Below are positions 61,924 to 64,000 of a DNA stretch of 64,000 bases, piece by piece. Each line of letters opens with the position of its first letter. Within the stretch, counting starts at the first letter, position 1. The position numbers and the translations under genes were made by a program. The notes beneath the pieces were generated by a model that saw only the letters and a program-made list of their open reading frames with translations, made no database searches and had not been told where the DNA came from. Source of the DNA: Rhynchopus sp. YZ270_cl-10 (taxonomy: Eukaryota); the NCBI GenBank assembly GCA_964035575.1, contig OZ037841.1:806001-870000 (forward strand), given 5' to 3'.

Positions 61924-62472
61924 ATGCACGCTGTTCTTAAGAAGCACCTGATCCACCAGACCTCCCCGGTGTACACTGTGTTGTGGAGCATGTTCATTTA
62001 TTGGTTCTTCGTGATGGTGACGCACTCTGTTTGGAGCTGTGGGGGTTGTATTACAAAGAGCTTAGGGGTGTCTGCGATTGTGGGGTGTGGTTTGAATACC
62101 AACGCATATGCAGGGTCGTCTGCGGATAGCATCTTAGGGTTTCTTAAGATGTCGCCGTTTTCTGTTATGCGGTTTTTTTTGATTCCGTTCTGCGTCGCGT
62201 CGTACAGCGCCATCGTGAACGTCAAGAAGGAGAACTTCACCTACCTCTTCCCCAACGACGGGCCCGACAACTTCACCTACTCAGGCATCGTCGCGGTCAT
62301 GATTGTCGTCTTCATCTGCATCTCACAGCTCATCCACAGAACGCTCAGAGAAGACCCCCCCGCCGAGGAATCTCCCAGCACCACCAACGAAGTCAGCGCC
62401 CCTACCTCCCCTGACCCTGCCCTCGGTGGCGAAAGGGATCTGAAATTGGAGACAATTGTCACAGTGCAGTAG
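61924..62472 (+). CDS. Hypothetical membrane protein with ~4 TM segments, 182 aa
   Basis: Hydrophobic segments VLWSMFIYWFFV, SLGVSAIVGCGL, MRFFLIPFCVASYSA and GIVAVMIVVFICI. Coding-like composition, with a pyrimidine tract upstream. Confidence 0.75.
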   Translation: MHAVLKKHLIHQTSPVYTVLWSMFIYWFFVMVTHSVWSCGGCITKSLGVSAIVGCGLNTNAYAGSSADSILGFLKMSPFSVMRFFLIPFCVASYSAIVNVKKENFTYLFPNDGPDNFTYSGIVAVMIVVFICISQLIHRTLREDPPAEESPSTTNEVSAPTSPDPALGGERDLKLETIVTVQ

Positions 62473-63608
62473 GGGGTGATGGGTAGGGGGGTGTAATCCG
62501 GTGAAGTAAATGATAGTCATTTTGGGTGGGTCGTGTGGGAGAGGGGGTTTTTCGGGAATCTGTGTGTTGAAAAAAGCAGCTGTGTGTTAAAGCAGAGTAT
62601 AGTCTAAGGGTGGTGTGTGTGTTTGATATCCATAAGGGGAGGGAGGGCTTAGGCAGCAGACAGCGACGAGGGGTCGCTCTTGTGCGCAAGGGGGAGAAAG
62701 GGCATGTGTGGGTGTATGTGCATGTGAACCACGGTCGACGGTTGAAATATATGTTCCAACTGTGAGAGAGTTTCTTGCGTCGTTCCGTGTGTGCACAAGA
62801 GGTTGGCATTCATCTCACAAGCGTTCCTCTTTTCTTTTCTTTGTGTTTTCATTCGGGGGCTGGTATCGTTGTTACAGTAAGTGGTGTGTCTGCATTGAAC
62901 AACTTCACTTTCTTTTGTACAACTGCGGAAAACCCTTGCTGCAGTTTTTTTGTTTTTGTTTTGTTTGTTTTTCTCCCTTTCCCACCCCCTTTTTTCCACT
63001 AAGGCGACTAAAAGCAACAAGAGGCTAAGACATCTTGCAAAACTTTATTTTTTTCTCTTCTTCGTGTGTAACGTCTCTCACAACAAAATGTAATGTTGTC
63101 TCGTACAACGCTGGGAATGTGACTGAAAACCACCAGAGTCCTACCAGTGAAGAATTCTTCACTGGAAAAAAGCACCAACCCGCGCGGGTTCTCTTTTTTT
63201 GCAGAAAAAAAAGACAAAAAACCTGCCGCAGAAACTCTGTGTACAACCACGCGAAGTGCTCGGAAAATAATAGCACTTTATGATTTATGTGTGTTTCGAT
63301 AACTAATAGGGGGTAATTCTTGCGCAGAATATGGCCCCAATTTGTGTGTGTGTGTGCTGTGTATTATGTAGCAACCCGAGGCCGGAACAAGAAGGAGATA
63401 CCCAACCGCCCTACAACTTTTATCTTTTTTTTTGGTGTGTTGTAGCCTCTCTTCCCCCCTGTGGCGCTATCGCATATCTCATACATACACTTTCCCTTTC
63501 CCCGCTTTCCCTTGATAGGGTCAAAGCGACAATTTCCCATTTTTTAAAAGAACTTTTTTTTTTTAACGCTCTGGAGACAGCGCTACGTTATTCAAGTTAC
63601 CCACACAA

Positions 63609-63724
63609 CCTGTACACGACCGTGAAGTAAATGAGTTACCTTGTGGGTTTTCACTGTTGGTTTTACAACGGTGAAACTACAAAGCCACAAGTCAATTCAT
63701 TTATTTCATCGTCGTCTGCGCACC
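63609..63724. mobile_element. Imperfect fold-back (MITE-like) element; a half copy lies at ~36878-36945
   Basis: ACGACCGTGAAGTAAATGAGTTACCTTGTGG...TTTCACTGTTG is mirrored by CAACGGTGAAA...CCACAAGTCAATTCATTTATTTCATCGTCGT. Confidence 0.65.
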
Positions 63725-64000
63725 TAATATGAAGTAAATGCTCCTAAGAAAGCAAAGGGGAAAAAAACAAGAGTGATGTCCACAAAATACAATCCGGGGG
63801 TCACATTTAGAATAATCAAATACCAGCTTTCACAGTCTTCAAAGGGCCACGCTTTACCTGACAGCCACTGGTATGCACATAAGGCATATTCATCTTTCAA
63901 CTTTTCTTTCCCCCTTTCCCCCATCTGAATTGAAGAGTGTTTCCCCGTTTCCCCAAGGTTGACTGAGCATCTCAATGAAGTGACTTAGGTTCTTCCAAAC

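Larger units (their letters stand above)
36104..64000 (+). repeat. Dispersed short stem-loop repeat families (A-G), about 35-40 copies in intergenic and intronic DNA
   Basis: A AGGTACACTGTCACGAGAGGGCTTTGTATTTCAA (40830, 42515, 46977, 55323, 59201, 60192, 60615, 61280). B AGATGTGTGTGCACAAGAGGCACATTCATCT..CAA (37194, 40191, 43043, 56057, 61222, 62786, 63871). C AAGGTGACTAAGC..GAGGCTTAGGTTCATCT..CAA (36311, 45151, 47105, 49680, 52871, 61172, 63955). D TAGTGGAGC..CTCGGGTGTCTACACTA..TTTCAA (37561, 37611, 39786, 40535, 41049, 42705, 51271, 51427). E/F ..AGTG..GCGTC..GAGGCGTT..CACTTTCAAC (41198, 41322, 52722, 60503, 61390; 43851 on -). G (36104, 44876). Confidence 0.85.

Overview
Eukaryotic genomic DNA, most likely a euglenozoan. 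The SUMO and bL9m-like proteins resemble kinetoplastid ones but the genes carry cis-introns, which suggests a diplomenid-type genome (inference). Bases 1-33212 are about 874 copies of a CpG-rich, internally palindromic 38-bp satellite with no net indel and ~2.7-3.1 kb higher-order duplications. The giant ORFs there are artefacts. Bases ~33.5-64 kb hold eight protein-coding genes, all on the + strand: a CCCH-like zinc-finger protein, a bL9m-like protein, a phospholipid scramblase, MtnB/APIP, SUMO, a THUMPD1/Tan1-like protein, a BSD-domain protein and a membrane protein. Three have phase-0 GTATGC...AG introns. The non-coding DNA contains a clean hAT element (12-bp TIR, 8-bp TSD), MITEs, and decayed Helitron and hAT remnants. 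The most unusual signal is roughly 35-40 short dispersed stem-loop elements in several sequence families. They share one architecture (AG-opened stem, often a CAC(G/A)AGAGG loop motif, a TCAA/ACAA tail) and lie almost entirely on the sense strand.
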